DNA of 64,000 nt from an uncultured delta proteobacterium (GCA_963793865.1 CAWCBP010000010.1:45635-109634); one strand, 5' to 3'. Shown: positions 9,935 through 24,859, counted from the stretch's first letter. Notes: generated from the letters alone by a model not told the origin. Program-made: numbers and translations.

Positions 9935-10636
9935 TTACTTTTTGCCGCCCTCGTCCTTCTCGGACTTTTTCTCCTTTTCCTCAGCCGGCTTCTTTTCTTC
10001 CGCTGCCGCCTCGCCCGCCGCCGCTGCCGCCGCTTCAGGCGCCGCTTCCTTGGCGACCTCTTTCTCAACAGTAGGCGCAAGCACGGTTGCGATGGTGGTG
10101 TCCAGGTCGTCAAAAATCTTTATGCCCGTCGGCAGCTGCATGTCCTTGAGGTGAACCGAATCACCGATGACAAGGGCGCTGACATCCGCTTCCAGGCTGT
10201 CGGGAATCTGGGAAGGAAGGCACCTGATGCTGAGCTCTCTTTTTACCTGCTGCAGCACTCCGCCCACCAGGACCCCCGCGGGAGTGCCTGTCAGCCGGAC
10301 CGGTATCGACAGGGTTACCTCCTCGTCCATGGCGACTTCGAAGAAATCCACATGCAGGAAGTAGCGCTGCACCGGATCAACCTGGATTTCCTTGATCATG
10401 ACCGTCTTTTCCGCCGGCTCTCCGTTGCCTTCAATGGACAGGAGAAAGAGCTTGCGCTCGCTTTTGCCGGCTCCCAGGAGGTCCTGCAGCTGTTTTAAGT
10501 CTACGGTGAGGGGAATGGCAGCGCTTTTGTGGCCATACACAACTGCCGGCAGCATTTCCTTGCCTCGCAATCTTCTTGCCACGCCCTTCCCGGTTGCAGT
10601 GCGCGTGTTTGCTGTTAGTTTTGCCTGTTCTGCCAT
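9935..10636 (-). CDS. rplY: 50S ribosomal protein L25/general stress protein Ctc
   Basis: GKGVARRLR, PAVVYG, HVDF, acidic/Ala-rich tail; prs-rplY-pth synteny. Confidence 0.96.
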   Translation of the reverse strand: MAEQAKLTANTRTATGKGVARRLRGKEMLPAVVYGHKSAAIPLTVDLKQLQDLLGAGKSERKLFLLSIEGNGEPAEKTVMIKEIQVDPVQRYFLHVDFFEVAMDEEVTLSIPVRLTGTPAGVLVGGVLQQVKRELSIRCLPSQIPDSLEADVSALVIGDSVHLKDMQLPTGIKIFDDLDTTIATVLAPTVEKEVAKEAAPEAAAAAAGEAAAEEKKPAEEKEKKSEKDEGGKK

Positions 10637-10669
10637 GGATACTCCTTACGAAAAACAGTGTGGAATTGT

Positions 10670-11611
10670 TTATACAAAGAGCGAGCTGACCGAGTCATTA
10701 TTATGGATACGCTTGATAGCTTCGCCCAGCAGGTTCGCGATTGAGAGAACTGCTATTTTCTTACAGGATTGCGACTCCGGCTTGAGGGGAATGGTATCGG
10801 ATACCACCACCTTTTCCAAAGCCGACTGGTTGATCTTCTCCAGCGCGTGTCCTGAAAGCACCGCGTGGGTGCAGCAGGCGGCAACCTTTTTTGCCCCCGC
10901 CTGAACCAGGGCATCGGCTGCCTGGGTCAGCGTGCCGGCGGTATCAACCATGTCGTCGAGCAGAAGCGCCGTCTTGCCCTTGATGTCGCCAATGATGTTC
11001 ATCACCGTGGATTCGTTGGGCTGAGCCCTTCTCTTGTCAATGATAGCGAGGCTGGCGCCGAGCCTTTTGCCAAAGGCGCGCGCCCGTTCCACCCCGCCCG
11101 CATCAGGGGAGACAATCACCAGGTCGTTGACATATTCCTGTTTAATAAAATCCATCATAATCGGAGCCGCGTAGAGGTGATCCACCGGTATGTTGAAGAA
11201 ACCCTGTATCTGGCCCGCGTGCAGGTCTATGGTAAGGAGCCTGTTGGCCCCCGCCGTGGTGATGAGGTCGGCGACCAGCTTGGCGGTGATGGGTACCCTC
11301 GGAGCGACCTTCCTGTCCTGCCGCGCGTAACCGTAGTAGGGTAAGACGGCCGTGATTCTCTCAGCTGACGCCCTTTTTATGGCATCCATCATGATCAGCA
11401 GTTCCATCAGGTAGGAGTTGACGGGTGTGCAGGTTGACTGCACCACGAAAACATCCATGCCCCGCACATTTTCTCCAATCTCGACCTGAATTTCGCCGTC
11501 ACTGAAATTTTTTACATGTGCCCTGCCCAGAGGAATGTTGAGGTCCGTGCAAATTTTTTCAGCCAGGGGAATATTGGAATTGCCCGACAGTATCTTGATA
11601 TTTTTTAGCAC
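10670..11611 (-). CDS. prs: ribose-phosphate pyrophosphokinase
   Basis: [43 protein letters not shown]. Confidence 0.98.
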   Translation of the reverse strand: MLKNIKILSGNSNIPLAEKICTDLNIPLGRAHVKNFSDGEIQVEIGENVRGMDVFVVQSTCTPVNSYLMELLIMMDAIKRASAERITAVLPYYGYARQDRKVAPRVPITAKLVADLITTAGANRLLTIDLHAGQIQGFFNIPVDHLYAAPIMMDFIKQEYVNDLVIVSPDAGGVERARAFGKRLGASLAIIDKRRAQPNESTVMNIIGDIKGKTALLLDDMVDTAGTLTQAADALVQAGAKKVAACCTHAVLSGHALEKINQSALEKVVVSDTIPLKPESQSCKKIAVLSIANLLGEAIKRIHNNDSVSSLFV

Positions 11612-11786
11612 CCGTATTCCTTGTATTCTAAAGAAATTAGTAGGTTATGGCACGTGAAATCAGTGCATGCTTATATACAAATTTTGTTTTTATGTCAATA
11701 GTAATATCATGACTGCTTCCCTGCCGGGCGGAAGCGGGCCTATTGCGGGCAGGCGCAAAGGAAAAAGTAAGCGGCGCGATAAAATC

Positions 11787-11861
11787 TGGCTGGGGTGGGA
11801 GGATTCGAACCTCCGAATGTAGGATCCAAAATCCTATGACTTGCCGCTTGTCGACACCCCA
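11787..11861 (-). tRNA. tRNA-Gln (TTG)
   Basis: TGGGGTG acceptor, anticodon arm TAGGA-TTTTGGA-TCCTA, GGTTCGAATCC, CCA end; ispE-tRNAGln-prs synteny. Confidence 0.95.
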
Positions 11862-11958
11862 ACCGTACTGACAGGAAAAAAGAAATGCGTTCCACAAGCC
11901 TGCCGTGGAACATTATTATGACCAACCGAAAATGGCAATGGCTTGCAATGGTGATATG

Positions 11959-12804
11959 CTATATTCCGCAGCAAACGGAGGTTTGCCATGCCGGGGGCAT
12001 ATCCAATTGCCCCAGTGCCAGCCTGGCTTTTTCTTCACTGGCAAATAAGCCGAAGACCGTCGAGCCGCTGCCGGACATCAGGCATCCGAGCGCGCCTTTG
12101 TTCCTGAGCGCGTCTTTTATGTCCTGTAAAAGCGGGAAGCGGGGCAGGACCACCTTCTCTAAGTCATTATAAAGAATAGCGATAATTTCAGAGATCGTTT
12201 TTATGCACGATGGGATAGTAATATTAACGGCCCCGTTTGTCAATCCTCTTGTCACATTTTGATATGCCCAGGCCGTTGAGATTTGCACGTCAGGGGTCAC
12301 CAGGAGATACCAGAGCTTTGGCTGTATGGAAACGGCCTGAAGCTTATCACCGATGCCCGTGCCTATGGCACTGCTGCCAAAAAGGAAGAACGGGACATCG
12401 GCCCCGAGGTCTCGAGCCATGGGCATGAGATCCCCGTTGCTCAATCCCAGACCGAAAAGCTGATTGATACCCGCAAGCGTGGAGGCCGCATTGCTGCTTC
12501 CCCCGCCGAGCCCCGCCGCCACCGGTATGCGCTTCTTAATGGCAATTCTGATGCCGTCCTTGATGGCGTAACGGCTGACCAGCATTTTTGCAGCTGCATG
12601 GGCGAGGTTGCCCTCGTTGATGGGAATTAGGGGATTGTCGCACGCCACCTCGATGCCGCTTTTGATGCGGTCAAGGGTCACATCATCGCCAAGGCTTATT
12701 TTCTGGAAGACAGTTCTTATATCATGGTAGCCGTCAGCGCGCTTGCGGAGGACGTCAAGGCGCAGGTTAACCTTGGCGGGTGAAAAGAGTTGGAGGTGGT
12801 TCAT
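11959..12804 (-). CDS. ispE: 4-diphosphocytidyl-2-C-methyl-D-erythritol kinase
   Basis: PAKVNLRL, DGYH, AGLGGGSSNAA, GADVPFF, MSGSGS. Confidence 0.97.
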   Translation of the reverse strand: MNHLQLFSPAKVNLRLDVLRKRADGYHDIRTVFQKISLGDDVTLDRIKSGIEVACDNPLIPINEGNLAHAAAKMLVSRYAIKDGIRIAIKKRIPVAAGLGGGSSNAASTLAGINQLFGLGLSNGDLMPMARDLGADVPFFLFGSSAIGTGIGDKLQAVSIQPKLWYLLVTPDVQISTAWAYQNVTRGLTNGAVNITIPSCIKTISEIIAILYNDLEKVVLPRFPLLQDIKDALRNKGALGCLMSGSGSTVFGLFASEEKARLALGQLDMPPAWQTSVCCGI

Positions 12805-12831
12805 AGAGAAGTTGACAGTTTACAGAAAAAA

Positions 12832-12990
12832 CAGGGTTCAGGATACAGGGTACAGGGTCAAAAACAGGATCAGGGTTCAGCAAACAGGGTGTTAGGGTAC
12901 AGGGTCAAAAGAGAGTCCACGGTCGACAGTCCATAGTCGAGACAGCAAAAACGGGCTGAAGAGTCCACAGCAGGCAGCCTACAGTCGACG
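12832..12990. repeat. degenerate 7-mer arrays (CAGGGT[A/T], then AGTC[C/G]AC)
   Basis: CAGGGTTCAGGATACAGGGTACAGGGTC..., AGTCCACGGTCGACAGTCCATAGTCGA. Confidence 0.7.
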
Positions 12991-13032
12991 GTTAAAAGCT
13001 GAGTGTGCTGGTTTGTTTGTGTAAAATTATTG

Positions 13033-13094
13033 GTAGGGGCAGGCCCCTGTGCCTGCCCGGATATAGTAGGGCAACCACAGGGGGTTGCCCCTAC
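13033..13094. repeat. REP doublet (REPIN-like), GTAG family
   Basis: GTAGGGGCAGGCCCCTGTGCCTGCCC then inverted AGGGCAACCACAGGGGGTTGCCCCTAC. Confidence 0.75.
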
Positions 13095-13155
13095 GATTTC
13101 TTGTCCCTTTCTTCGTGTGCTTCGTGGTTTCAAATAGATACAAAGCACAGGAAGG

Positions 13156-13377
13156 TTATCTCCTGAAGAGATAGAACACGAGGGTGAGGATGACGCTGAT
13201 AATAATACAGGAGGTGAGGGGAAAATAAAAGCTGAAGTTTTCCCTTTGCACAGAAATATCCCCCGGTAGCCTTCCTATCCAGGGGATTTTCAATCCGGTA
13301 TTCATGAGTATGCCAATGATAACAAGGAAGATACCCATTATAATGAGCATCTTCCCCATTAACGAAAAGCCGGGCAT
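13156..13377 (-). CDS. DUF2905 family membrane protein
   Basis: GRLPGDI...FYFPLTSCIIIS signature. Confidence 0.9.
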   Translation of the reverse strand: MPGFSLMGKMLIIMGIFLVIIGILMNTGLKIPWIGRLPGDISVQRENFSFYFPLTSCIIISVILTLVFYLFRR

Positions 13378-13440
13378 TATGTTTTCCTTACCTTCTGCAA
13401 TGATACTTAAGGTATTGCTATTTGCATGTACTCTTTTGTT

Positions 13441-14298
13441 TTAGTTTGTATTTTCTAATACTCCAAATGTGTTCGCTACCTGTGCGGAAATACCATCGAC
13501 AATTACGTTTACTGTTCTTTCAGAGATTTCCGCGTCATCGGCAATTTCAATAGCAACTGTTATTTCGCTATCAGATATTACTGAAGGATCTCCGACGTCG
13601 ATACCCCCTCCTGAAAAACTAACGTCAATAGTATTGGCACTCCGGAAATTAGCGTTTGTACAGCCTATGGTGACGGTGAGGGTATCGCCTTGTTCTGCTT
13701 CAGAAGGAGTAATAGAACCACACGTAAGCTCAGTCGGGAAATTAGCAAAACCCATAAACAAGGCGTCTGCGCCGAGATAATTACCATATCCCAGGATGGT
13801 GCTGAATGTAAAGTTATCAAATGGAGCGGGGGGTGTGTAGTTAAAAGAAATACCCCAGATATGAATCTCATATTTTAACTCGTTGCCCTTTGCCTCAATT
13901 AATCTGGACATTCCTGTCGATTGGCCTGAGGGTATGGTGGTTGTTGTTTCTGTGGGCGTTGTAGTGGTAGTCGATGTTTCCTCTTTTTCGACCCAGGCCT
14001 GGAACCAGGTCCTGTTGCCTACGTCTGATTCTATCCAGGTCCCGGTAAGTTCACCGTATCGTGTCGTATAAGCACTGAACACGTCACCCGCTTTAAACTC
14101 AAACTGGTCTACATATCTGGGGCGAAAAAGAGTGCTCACCGGGGTCCAGACAAAAACCGCATAGGTGATGTCAAATACGGAAGAAGGACTTGCCTGATTA
14201 GCGGCACTTTTAACCGGGCTGTCCTTTGCGGGGCTGGATGGAGTAGCGATTAAAAGAATGCAGATGCCAACCAGGAGAAATTTAATTAAATGCTTCAT
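13441..14298 (-). CDS. secreted protein with Thr-rich linker and C-terminal IPT/TIG-like Ig domain
   Basis: signal peptide; TSTTTTTPTETTTT; SITPSEAEQGDTLTVTIG..NF Ig-like pattern; visibly AT-richer DNA. Confidence 0.65.
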   Translation of the reverse strand: MKHLIKFLLVGICILLIATPSSPAKDSPVKSAANQASPSSVFDITYAVFVWTPVSTLFRPRYVDQFEFKAGDVFSAYTTRYGELTGTWIESDVGNRTWFQAWVEKEETSTTTTTPTETTTTIPSGQSTGMSRLIEAKGNELKYEIHIWGISFNYTPPAPFDNFTFSTILGYGNYLGADALFMGFANFPTELTCGSITPSEAEQGDTLTVTIGCTNANFRSANTIDVSFSGGGIDVGDPSVISDSEITVAIEIADDAEISERTVNVIVDGISAQVANTFGVLENTN

Positions 14299-14375
14299 AA
14301 GTGCAGCTCCTATGCTCTAGGTTTTTCTTATATACATAATTCTGAGAATTTCACTCTCCGATATACATAGAGCCG

Positions 14376-14425
14376 GCAGGAGCGGTTTCAAGCCGCGAAT
14401 ACATCGCGCATGAATGCGCTCCTAC
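14376..14425. repeat. REP doublet, GTAGGAGCGGCTTT family
   Basis: GCAGGAGCGGTTTCAAGCCGCGAAT + inverted ATCGCGCATGAATGCGCTCCTAC; near-copies at 24425, 24511, 25395, 48830. Confidence 0.75.
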
Positions 14426-14711
14426 CGAAATCTCCAATATCCTTGGCTGGTTTTTAAAAAGATACGCCTAAAAAGTCGATGTGACTCTCTATGTCATTGC
14501 AGTGCGAATTGTCACTTCATAATAATATCAAGAATTTTTTTATTGGCCAAATCCTACCATTTTTATGATTGCAATTCAATTATTCTTTTCGTCACCGGCG
14601 CGTATCCGCATAAAGAATATTTTCCTTGACTTTTTTTGGCGGTGATGCAATATACAAACGTACGATTAATGCTTTTAATTTAATAATTTATCGTGAAGGC
14701 GGCTATTTTTT

Positions 14712-14945
14712 GTGGTTCGGCTGGACAGATTTGACAACCTGGAAAAGGGGGTAAAGGATCTGGTAGAGCGCTTTGCCCTCCTTCAGAGAGAAAAAGAGAG
14801 GCTGGAAAGCAGCTATACTAAAAAGACAGGCGAGCACCAGCTTTCGCAGGAACGCTTGGAGAGGCTCTACCGGGAGCGGTACCAGATCCGGGCCAAGCTG
14901 GATGAATTAATCAAGAAACTTGAAACCCTGGAAGAAGCAGGTTAA
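14712..14945 (+). CDS. ZapB-like coiled-coil cell division protein
   Basis: short coiled coil directly upstream of zapA. Confidence 0.7.
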   Translation: MVRLDRFDNLEKGVKDLVERFALLQREKERLESSYTKKTGEHQLSQERLERLYRERYQIRAKLDELIKKLETLEEAG

Positions 14946-14962
14946 ACGTAAGGGAAACGAGG

Positions 14963-15238
14963 GTGGAAAACGTAACCATCACCATACTTGGCAAGGAATA
15001 CAGCATCAAAAGCGATGTGGAAAAGGAGAGCTTGGACAGAATTGCCGACCACCTGAACAAAAAAGTAGACGAAATAATGCAAACCTCAAGAACGGCTGCC
15101 GCCCATAATGTATTGATTCTGGCAGCAATGAATATAGCTGACGAGTACTTCCGTGAGAAGAATCTTAACCAGGAGCTCATCAGTTACGTGGAAGGAAAGT
15201 CGGAACAGCTCTTGCAGCAAATGAAAACCAGGACATGA
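14963..15238 (+). CDS. zapA: cell division protein ZapA
   Basis: VTITILGKEYSIKSD..., ILAAMNIADE. Confidence 0.92.
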   Translation: MENVTITILGKEYSIKSDVEKESLDRIADHLNKKVDEIMQTSRTAAAHNVLILAAMNIADEYFREKNLNQELISYVEGKSEQLLQQMKTRT

Positions 15239-15253
15239 GGTAATTGGATACGA

Positions 15254-15437
15254 TTTCCCTGCTGTGCGCGTGATTTAGACTAGTTATTATTTGATCCAAC
15301 ACCTTGAGAAAGGGAACTTTTCCTTGCTGAAGGAAGGCAGGCCCCACAAGCAGCGATGGGGAGTCTGAAACAGTAATAAGGTACCCACCTTATTGAGAAA
15401 GGTTCAAATAATCAGTTTACACGGCACAGCGGGGAAA
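15254..15437 (+). ncRNA. ssrS: 6S RNA
   Basis: ~184 nt rod closed by TTCCCTGCTGTGC / GCACAGCGGGGAA, inner TTTGATCC / GGTTCAAA helix; canonical position after zapA. Confidence 0.9.
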
Positions 15438-15471
15438 AAGACTATATTTTCATGCTGACTTTAATTTTTAT

Positions 15472-15877
15472 TGTACAGTGTGATTGGATGCAGTTGATGC
15501 GGTAGTGAGCAGAGAAAGGGTGTTAGACTTTAAAACGGAAGAGTGCAAAAGTACAAGAAAGCATAATGGTGAGCAGCGAAAAACCAAGACTGCAGTACCT
15601 TTAGGGGAACTCGACTTGATATTTGCGACGTACATGGAACTGACGAGAGAGTTTTTGCACAAGAAGGTCTGTTTGCTGCACGCCGGTGTGCAGGCGGGCA
15701 GGGTCAGTTACGGTTTTTCTCCCATTGATGGTACGAAGTGGACACATCACAAGCTTTCTTCGCCGCTATTCAGCACGCAATAGCTCTTAACCGCTTCTTC
15801 CGTTTTATTCATCTCAGCATTTCTTTCACCGCTTCACTGCCCGTCTTATCTTTATAATCTCATAATCCACCAGTACA
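15472..15877 (+). ncRNA. candidate large structured RNA / rny 5' leader (unassigned family)
   Basis: nested helices incl. 15531-15542/15796-15807 (12 bp perfect), 15555-62/15753-60, 15578-85/15712-19, 15638-44/15703-09; G-U pairs favour + strand. Confidence 0.6.
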
Positions 15878-15956
15878 GGGTTTGTGCAACAGGAACAGGG
15901 GTGCTGTCTGTTCAAGGGGGCCGGCAGACATCCCTTTTAAGGAGGTGAGTCGTACA

Positions 15957-17528
15957 TTGAGTGCATTGACTATCATTATAATGATCGGATTAGCGTTAGG
16001 TGCGGCAGCTCTCGGAGCCTTCGGCGGCATGTATTTCCGCAAAAAAATGGCGGCATCCAAGGTGGAAGCGGCGGAAGAAGCTGCCAAAAAAGTCCTGGAA
16101 CGGGCGCAAAAAGAGGCAGATAATGTCATAAAAGAGGCCCGATTGCAGGCAAAGGAAGATCTCTACAAGGCCAAGTCTGATTTCGAAAAAGAAACCAGGG
16201 ACAGGAGGCTGGAGCTCCATAATCTGGAGAAGAAACATGACCAGCGGGAAGACAGCCTGGCCAAGAGGGCGGAGCTTCTGAACCAGAAAGAGGCGGGCCT
16301 CACCAAGAAAGAGCAAAGCCTGTCGCAGCAGGAAAAGCAGATTGTAGAGAACGAAAGGGTGTTGAAGACCACGATTGAGCAGCAAAGGATCCAGCTGGAA
16401 AGAATCTCCGGCATGTCTTCCGAGGAGGCCAAAAAATCTCTGATGCAGAACATGGAGAGCGAGGCCAAACACGAGGCGGCCAAGAACATCAGGAAAATTG
16501 AAGAGGAGGCACGGGAAACCGCTGACAAAATGGCCAGGAACATCCTGGCGCTGGCAATCCAGCGATACTCTGCCGACTATGTCGCTGAAAAGACCGTTTC
16601 GGTTGTCAATCTGCCTAATGAAGAGATGAAGGGAAGAATTATAGGAAGGGAAGGAAGAAACATCCGCTCCATAGAGGCGGTTACCGGTGTGGATCTCATC
16701 ATCGATGATACGCCCGAGGCGGTGGTGCTTTCCGGCTTTGATCCCATACGGAGAGAAATAGCCCGGGTTTCGCTGGAGCGGCTGATAGAGGACGGGCGCA
16801 TACACCCTGCCCGGATAGAGGAGATAGTTGAAAAGGCGAAAAAGGAGATGGAGGTTACCATCAAGGAAGCGGGTGAGCGGGCGACCTTTGACACGGGCAT
16901 CCACAGCGTCAACCATGAGCTGGTGAAGCTTTTGGGCAAGCTCAAGTTCCGGACCAGCTATGACCAGAACGTGCTGCAGCATTCGCTGGAGGTGGCCTCA
17001 TTTTGCGGCATTATTGCCTCTGAGCTGGGGGTCAATGTCAAGAAGGCGAAGCGCGCGGGGCTGCTGCACGATATCGGTAAGGCGGTGGATCACGAGGTGG
17101 AAGGCTCCCATGCCACCATCGGCGCTGACCTGGCAAAGAAGTACGGAGAGGACGATGAAATTGTTCACGCTCTGGCCGCCCATCATGATGACGAGAAGCC
17201 GCAGACCGTCATCGCCATACTGGTGCAGGTTGCGGACGCCCTGTCCGCCGCTCGGCCCGGCGCCCGGCGGGAGATGCTGGAAACCTATGTGAAGCACCTG
17301 AAGGACCTTGAGGAAATCGCGTCGTCCTTCCCGGGCGTGTTGAAATCGTACGCCGTGCAGGCGGGCCGCGAGATACGAATCATCGTGGAGGGTAAGGAGA
17401 TCTCCGATGATGACTCGGTTGTGCTTTCCAAGGATATCGCGAGGAAAATAGAGAGCAACTTAAGCTATCCCGGGCAGATCAAGGTGACGGTGATCCGCGA
17501 AACGCGGGCCGTCGATTTCGCGCGATAA
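15957..17528 (+). CDS. rny: ribonuclease Y
   Basis: N-terminal TM, coiled coil, KH motif [16 protein letters not shown] motif LLHDIGK; TTG start after AAGGAGGT. Confidence 0.97.
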   Translation: MSALTIIIMIGLALGAAALGAFGGMYFRKKMAASKVEAAEEAAKKVLERAQKEADNVIKEARLQAKEDLYKAKSDFEKETRDRRLELHNLEKKHDQREDSLAKRAELLNQKEAGLTKKEQSLSQQEKQIVENERVLKTTIEQQRIQLERISGMSSEEAKKSLMQNMESEAKHEAAKNIRKIEEEARETADKMARNILALAIQRYSADYVAEKTVSVVNLPNEEMKGRIIGREGRNIRSIEAVTGVDLIIDDTPEAVVLSGFDPIRREIARVSLERLIEDGRIHPARIEEIVEKAKKEMEVTIKEAGERATFDTGIHSVNHELVKLLGKLKFRTSYDQNVLQHSLEVASFCGIIASELGVNVKKAKRAGLLHDIGKAVDHEVEGSHATIGADLAKKYGEDDEIVHALAAHHDDEKPQTVIAILVQVADALSAARPGARREMLETYVKHLKDLEEIASSFPGVLKSYAVQAGREIRIIVEGKEISDDDSVVLSKDIARKIESNLSYPGQIKVTVIRETRAVDFAR

Positions 17529-17565
17529 CCATTTCACCCCTGCATCCGGTTCCGGGCAGAACGCA

Positions 17566-18843
17566 ATGGAAAACGTTTTTGACATACTTTCAGGGCGCGG
17601 GTTTATCGAGCAGTCTACCGATGAGCATGCCTTGCGACGGCAGCTTTCCCAACCGGCTGCCTGCTATGTGGGATTTGATCCCACCGCCTCCACGCTGCAC
17701 GTGGGACACCTGCTGCCGATCATGGCCCTGATGCACATGCAGAAGGCCGGGCACCGGGTCATCGCCCTGGTCGGGGGCGGGACGGGAATGATCGGCGACC
17801 CGAGCGGCAAGACAAAGATGCGGGAAATTCTCACCAGGGAGCAGATTGAAGGTAATGTCAGGGCAATAAAAGTGCAGCTCGCGCGCTACCTCGATTTCGG
17901 CGAAGACAGGGCCTTGCTGGTGAATAACGCGGACTGGCTTTGCGGACTTGGATACATTGACTTCCTGCGCGATATCGGCTGCCATTTCAGCGTCAACCGG
18001 ATGCTGGCGGCCGAATCGTACAAGGCCCGGATGAAAACCGGCCTCAACTTCATCGAGTTCAATTACATGCTGCTGCAGGCCTATGATTTCCTCCATCTCA
18101 ACAAGCACTGCCGCTGTGTGATACAGATGGGCGGCAATGATCAGTGGGGAAACATTGTGGCAGGCATTGACCTGGTCAGGCGCGTTCTGGGAAATGAAGT
18201 CTATGGCATGACCTTCCCCCTGATTGTTACCGCCTCAGGTCACAAGATGGGGAAAACCGAGGAGGGTGCCGTATGGCTGGATGAATCCGCAACCTCCGCC
18301 TACCAGTACTACCAGTACTGGGTTAATGTGGATGACGCGGATGTGGTGAGGTTTCTCAAGCTCTTTACCTTTCTGCCCCTGGATGAGATTGAAGCGGTTT
18401 CAGCCCTGGAGGGAAGCGAGCTCAACCGCGCAAAAATGATTCTTGCTTTTGAGGCAACGAAAATTACCCACGGTGAAGAGAAGGCCCTGGGGGCATTGAA
18501 AACCTCGTCCGGCGCCTTCGGTTTCAAGGGTTTCGAGGGCCGGATCTTGCCCTCGAGCAGCATCCCGCGGGGAGAGGTGAGCAGTGATTTGAGCAGCATG
18601 CCCACCAGCAGCATAGAGCGGGAGGTCCTGGAAAAAGGCATATCCGCCTATGAACTTTTCACGCAGGTGGGATTGTGCTCCTCCCGCAGTGAGGCCCGCC
18701 GGCTGATCGGCCAAAAAGGGGGCTATATTAATGGGCAACCTGTTGAAAAATTTGATGAAATGATCAAACTGCACCATGTGCGGGATGGCAGCCTCATTCT
18801 AAGGAGCGGCAAAAAAAAATATCACCAGGTAGTAGTTAACTAG
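17566..18843 (+). CDS. tyrS: tyrosyl-tRNA synthetase
   Basis: GFDPTASTLHVGH, QMGGNDQWGN, KMGKT, C-terminal S4 domain. Confidence 0.98.
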   Translation: MENVFDILSGRGFIEQSTDEHALRRQLSQPAACYVGFDPTASTLHVGHLLPIMALMHMQKAGHRVIALVGGGTGMIGDPSGKTKMREILTREQIEGNVRAIKVQLARYLDFGEDRALLVNNADWLCGLGYIDFLRDIGCHFSVNRMLAAESYKARMKTGLNFIEFNYMLLQAYDFLHLNKHCRCVIQMGGNDQWGNIVAGIDLVRRVLGNEVYGMTFPLIVTASGHKMGKTEEGAVWLDESATSAYQYYQYWVNVDDADVVRFLKLFTFLPLDEIEAVSALEGSELNRAKMILAFEATKITHGEEKALGALKTSSGAFGFKGFEGRILPSSSIPRGEVSSDLSSMPTSSIEREVLEKGISAYELFTQVGLCSSRSEARRLIGQKGGYINGQPVEKFDEMIKLHHVRDGSLILRSGKKKYHQVVVN

Positions 18844-18878
18844 CTGAAAAAGCTATACTATTAGTTATAAAATTTTTC

Positions 18879-18939
18879 TTGACATCTGGCCGCATTAAGT
18901 TTATAGTTCATAGTCTTCGATAAAATTGTTCTTTGAAAA
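18879..18939 (+). promoter_or_regulatory. rRNA operon sigma70 promoter and boxA
   Basis: TTGACA(18879)-17 nt-TATAGT(18902); TGTTCTTTGAAAA boxA-like at ~18927. Confidence 0.8.
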
Positions 18940-18992
18940 TTGAATAGCAGGGCTGTCAGTTTGCTTTGTTTTTTGAATTGATGAAGCCAAAT

Positions 18993-20568
<1,576 letters not shown>

Positions 20569-20740
20569 AGGAAGCCCTTCCGAAAGGATGGGCTCATCCA
20601 GGTCAGCCAATCAAATTGATACCCTGCTATTCTTTTATTTTTATTTTGATAGAAAAGATCGACCTATCTTCTCTCCGCTGGGGCGTGCAGTTGATTCCCG
20701 GTTAAGAGTGGTAAAGCTTGAGCTGCGAAACGGTTTTGAT

Positions 20741-20817
<77 letters not shown>

Positions 20818-20932
20818 GACAAGCTGGTCGGCAGGTACTGTGAGGGCAAGGGGGTAATCCAACCCACTGGAACCGGGCAGTCTGCAGAGCGCAATGCTTG
20901 CGGTTCTATCAGCCAGGTGTAATTTGCATAGT

Positions 20933-21008
20933 GGGGGTATAGCTCAGCTGGGAGAGCACCTGCCTTGCACGCAGGGGGTCAGCGGTTCGAACCCGCTTAC
21001 CTCCACCA
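20933..21008 (+). tRNA. tRNA-Ala (TGC)
   Basis: GGGGGTATAGCTCAG..TTGCAC..GGTTCGAACCC..CTCCACCA; G3:U70. Confidence 0.97.
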
Positions 21009-21139
21009 ACACAGATCGAAACCCGAAGTAAAAGATTGACGGGATAGGCGATTTTCTATTTCAGCTTTTGATTGCGTTGTTCTTTGACAATTGAATAGAG
21101 TATTTGGGTAAATGTTGTTGCTGATCAATTTTGATTTAT

Positions 21140-24187
<3,048 letters not shown>

Positions 24188-24230
24188 TAAATCATTTTAT
24201 TTTATAGATGCACATACAGTAAGAACATTT

Positions 24231-24348
<118 letters not shown>

Positions 24349-24359
24349 ATTGATACATG

Positions 24360-24394
24360 AAAAGCCTTTCACCTCATGGTGGAAGGCTTTTTTT
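24360..24394 (+). terminator. rRNA operon intrinsic terminator
   Basis: AAAAGCCTTTCACC-TCAT-GGTGGAAGGCTTTT + T tract. Confidence 0.85.
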
Positions 24395-24424
24395 AATGGT
24401 GAAACGTCCTTCTGCGCAGCATTG

Positions 24425-24560
24425 GTAGGAGCAGCTTCAGCTGCGAACTAAGGGAATGATAAATTGCACAGCCCAGATGAGCAATTTTGACCTTTGATGT
24501 TTAATACGCGGTAGGAGCGGCTTTGAGCCGCGAATTCATCGCACATGAATGTGCTCCTGC
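24425..24560. repeat. REP copies (single at 24425, doublet at 24511-24560)
   Basis: GTAGGAGCAGCTTCAGCTGCGAA; GTAGGAGCGGCTTTGAGCCGCGAA + ATCGCACATGAATGTGCTCCTGC. Confidence 0.75.
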
Positions 24561-24649
24561 CGAGGCGCAAAGCTTTGATATCAGATATGACTTGAAATGA
24601 TATCATAGTCATGGTATGAATCACGTATGATGAACAAGGAGGTTTTTAT

Positions 24650-24859
24650 ATGACTCGCACGATTATTGACATTCAGGATGACCTGCTGAAGAAAGCGCAA
24701 AAGGCCACGGGAATAACCAAGAAAGTCGAGATTGTCAACTATGCGCTTAAGCGGCTTCTTGAACAAAAGGAGATGGAGCGTGTTCTGGAATTGCGGGGAA
24801 AAATAAAGTGGAATGGTAACATCGAGGAGATGAGAAGGGACCGCCATGGTTCTCGTTGA
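24650..24859 (+). CDS. vapB: VapB-family antitoxin (DUF2191-like)
   Basis: RTIIDIQDDLL..TGITKKVEIVNYAL..LRGKIKW; overlaps PIN gene. Confidence 0.85.
   Translation: MTRTIIDIQDDLLKKAQKATGITKKVEIVNYALKRLLEQKEMERVLELRGKIKWNGNIEEMRRDRHGSR

Noticed and set aside
12870..13148. 92-aa minus-strand ORF
   Set aside because: Translation of REP and 7-mer repeats (VGATPCGCP, LLTVDCRL, LSTVDS), not a real protein
6720..13150. Repeat arrays as CRISPR
   Set aside because: No constant 25-40 bp repeat with unique spacers and no cas genes
15484..15783. 99-aa ORF inside the 6S-rny gap
   Set aside because: No RBS or family resemblance; the region is better explained by nested RNA helices
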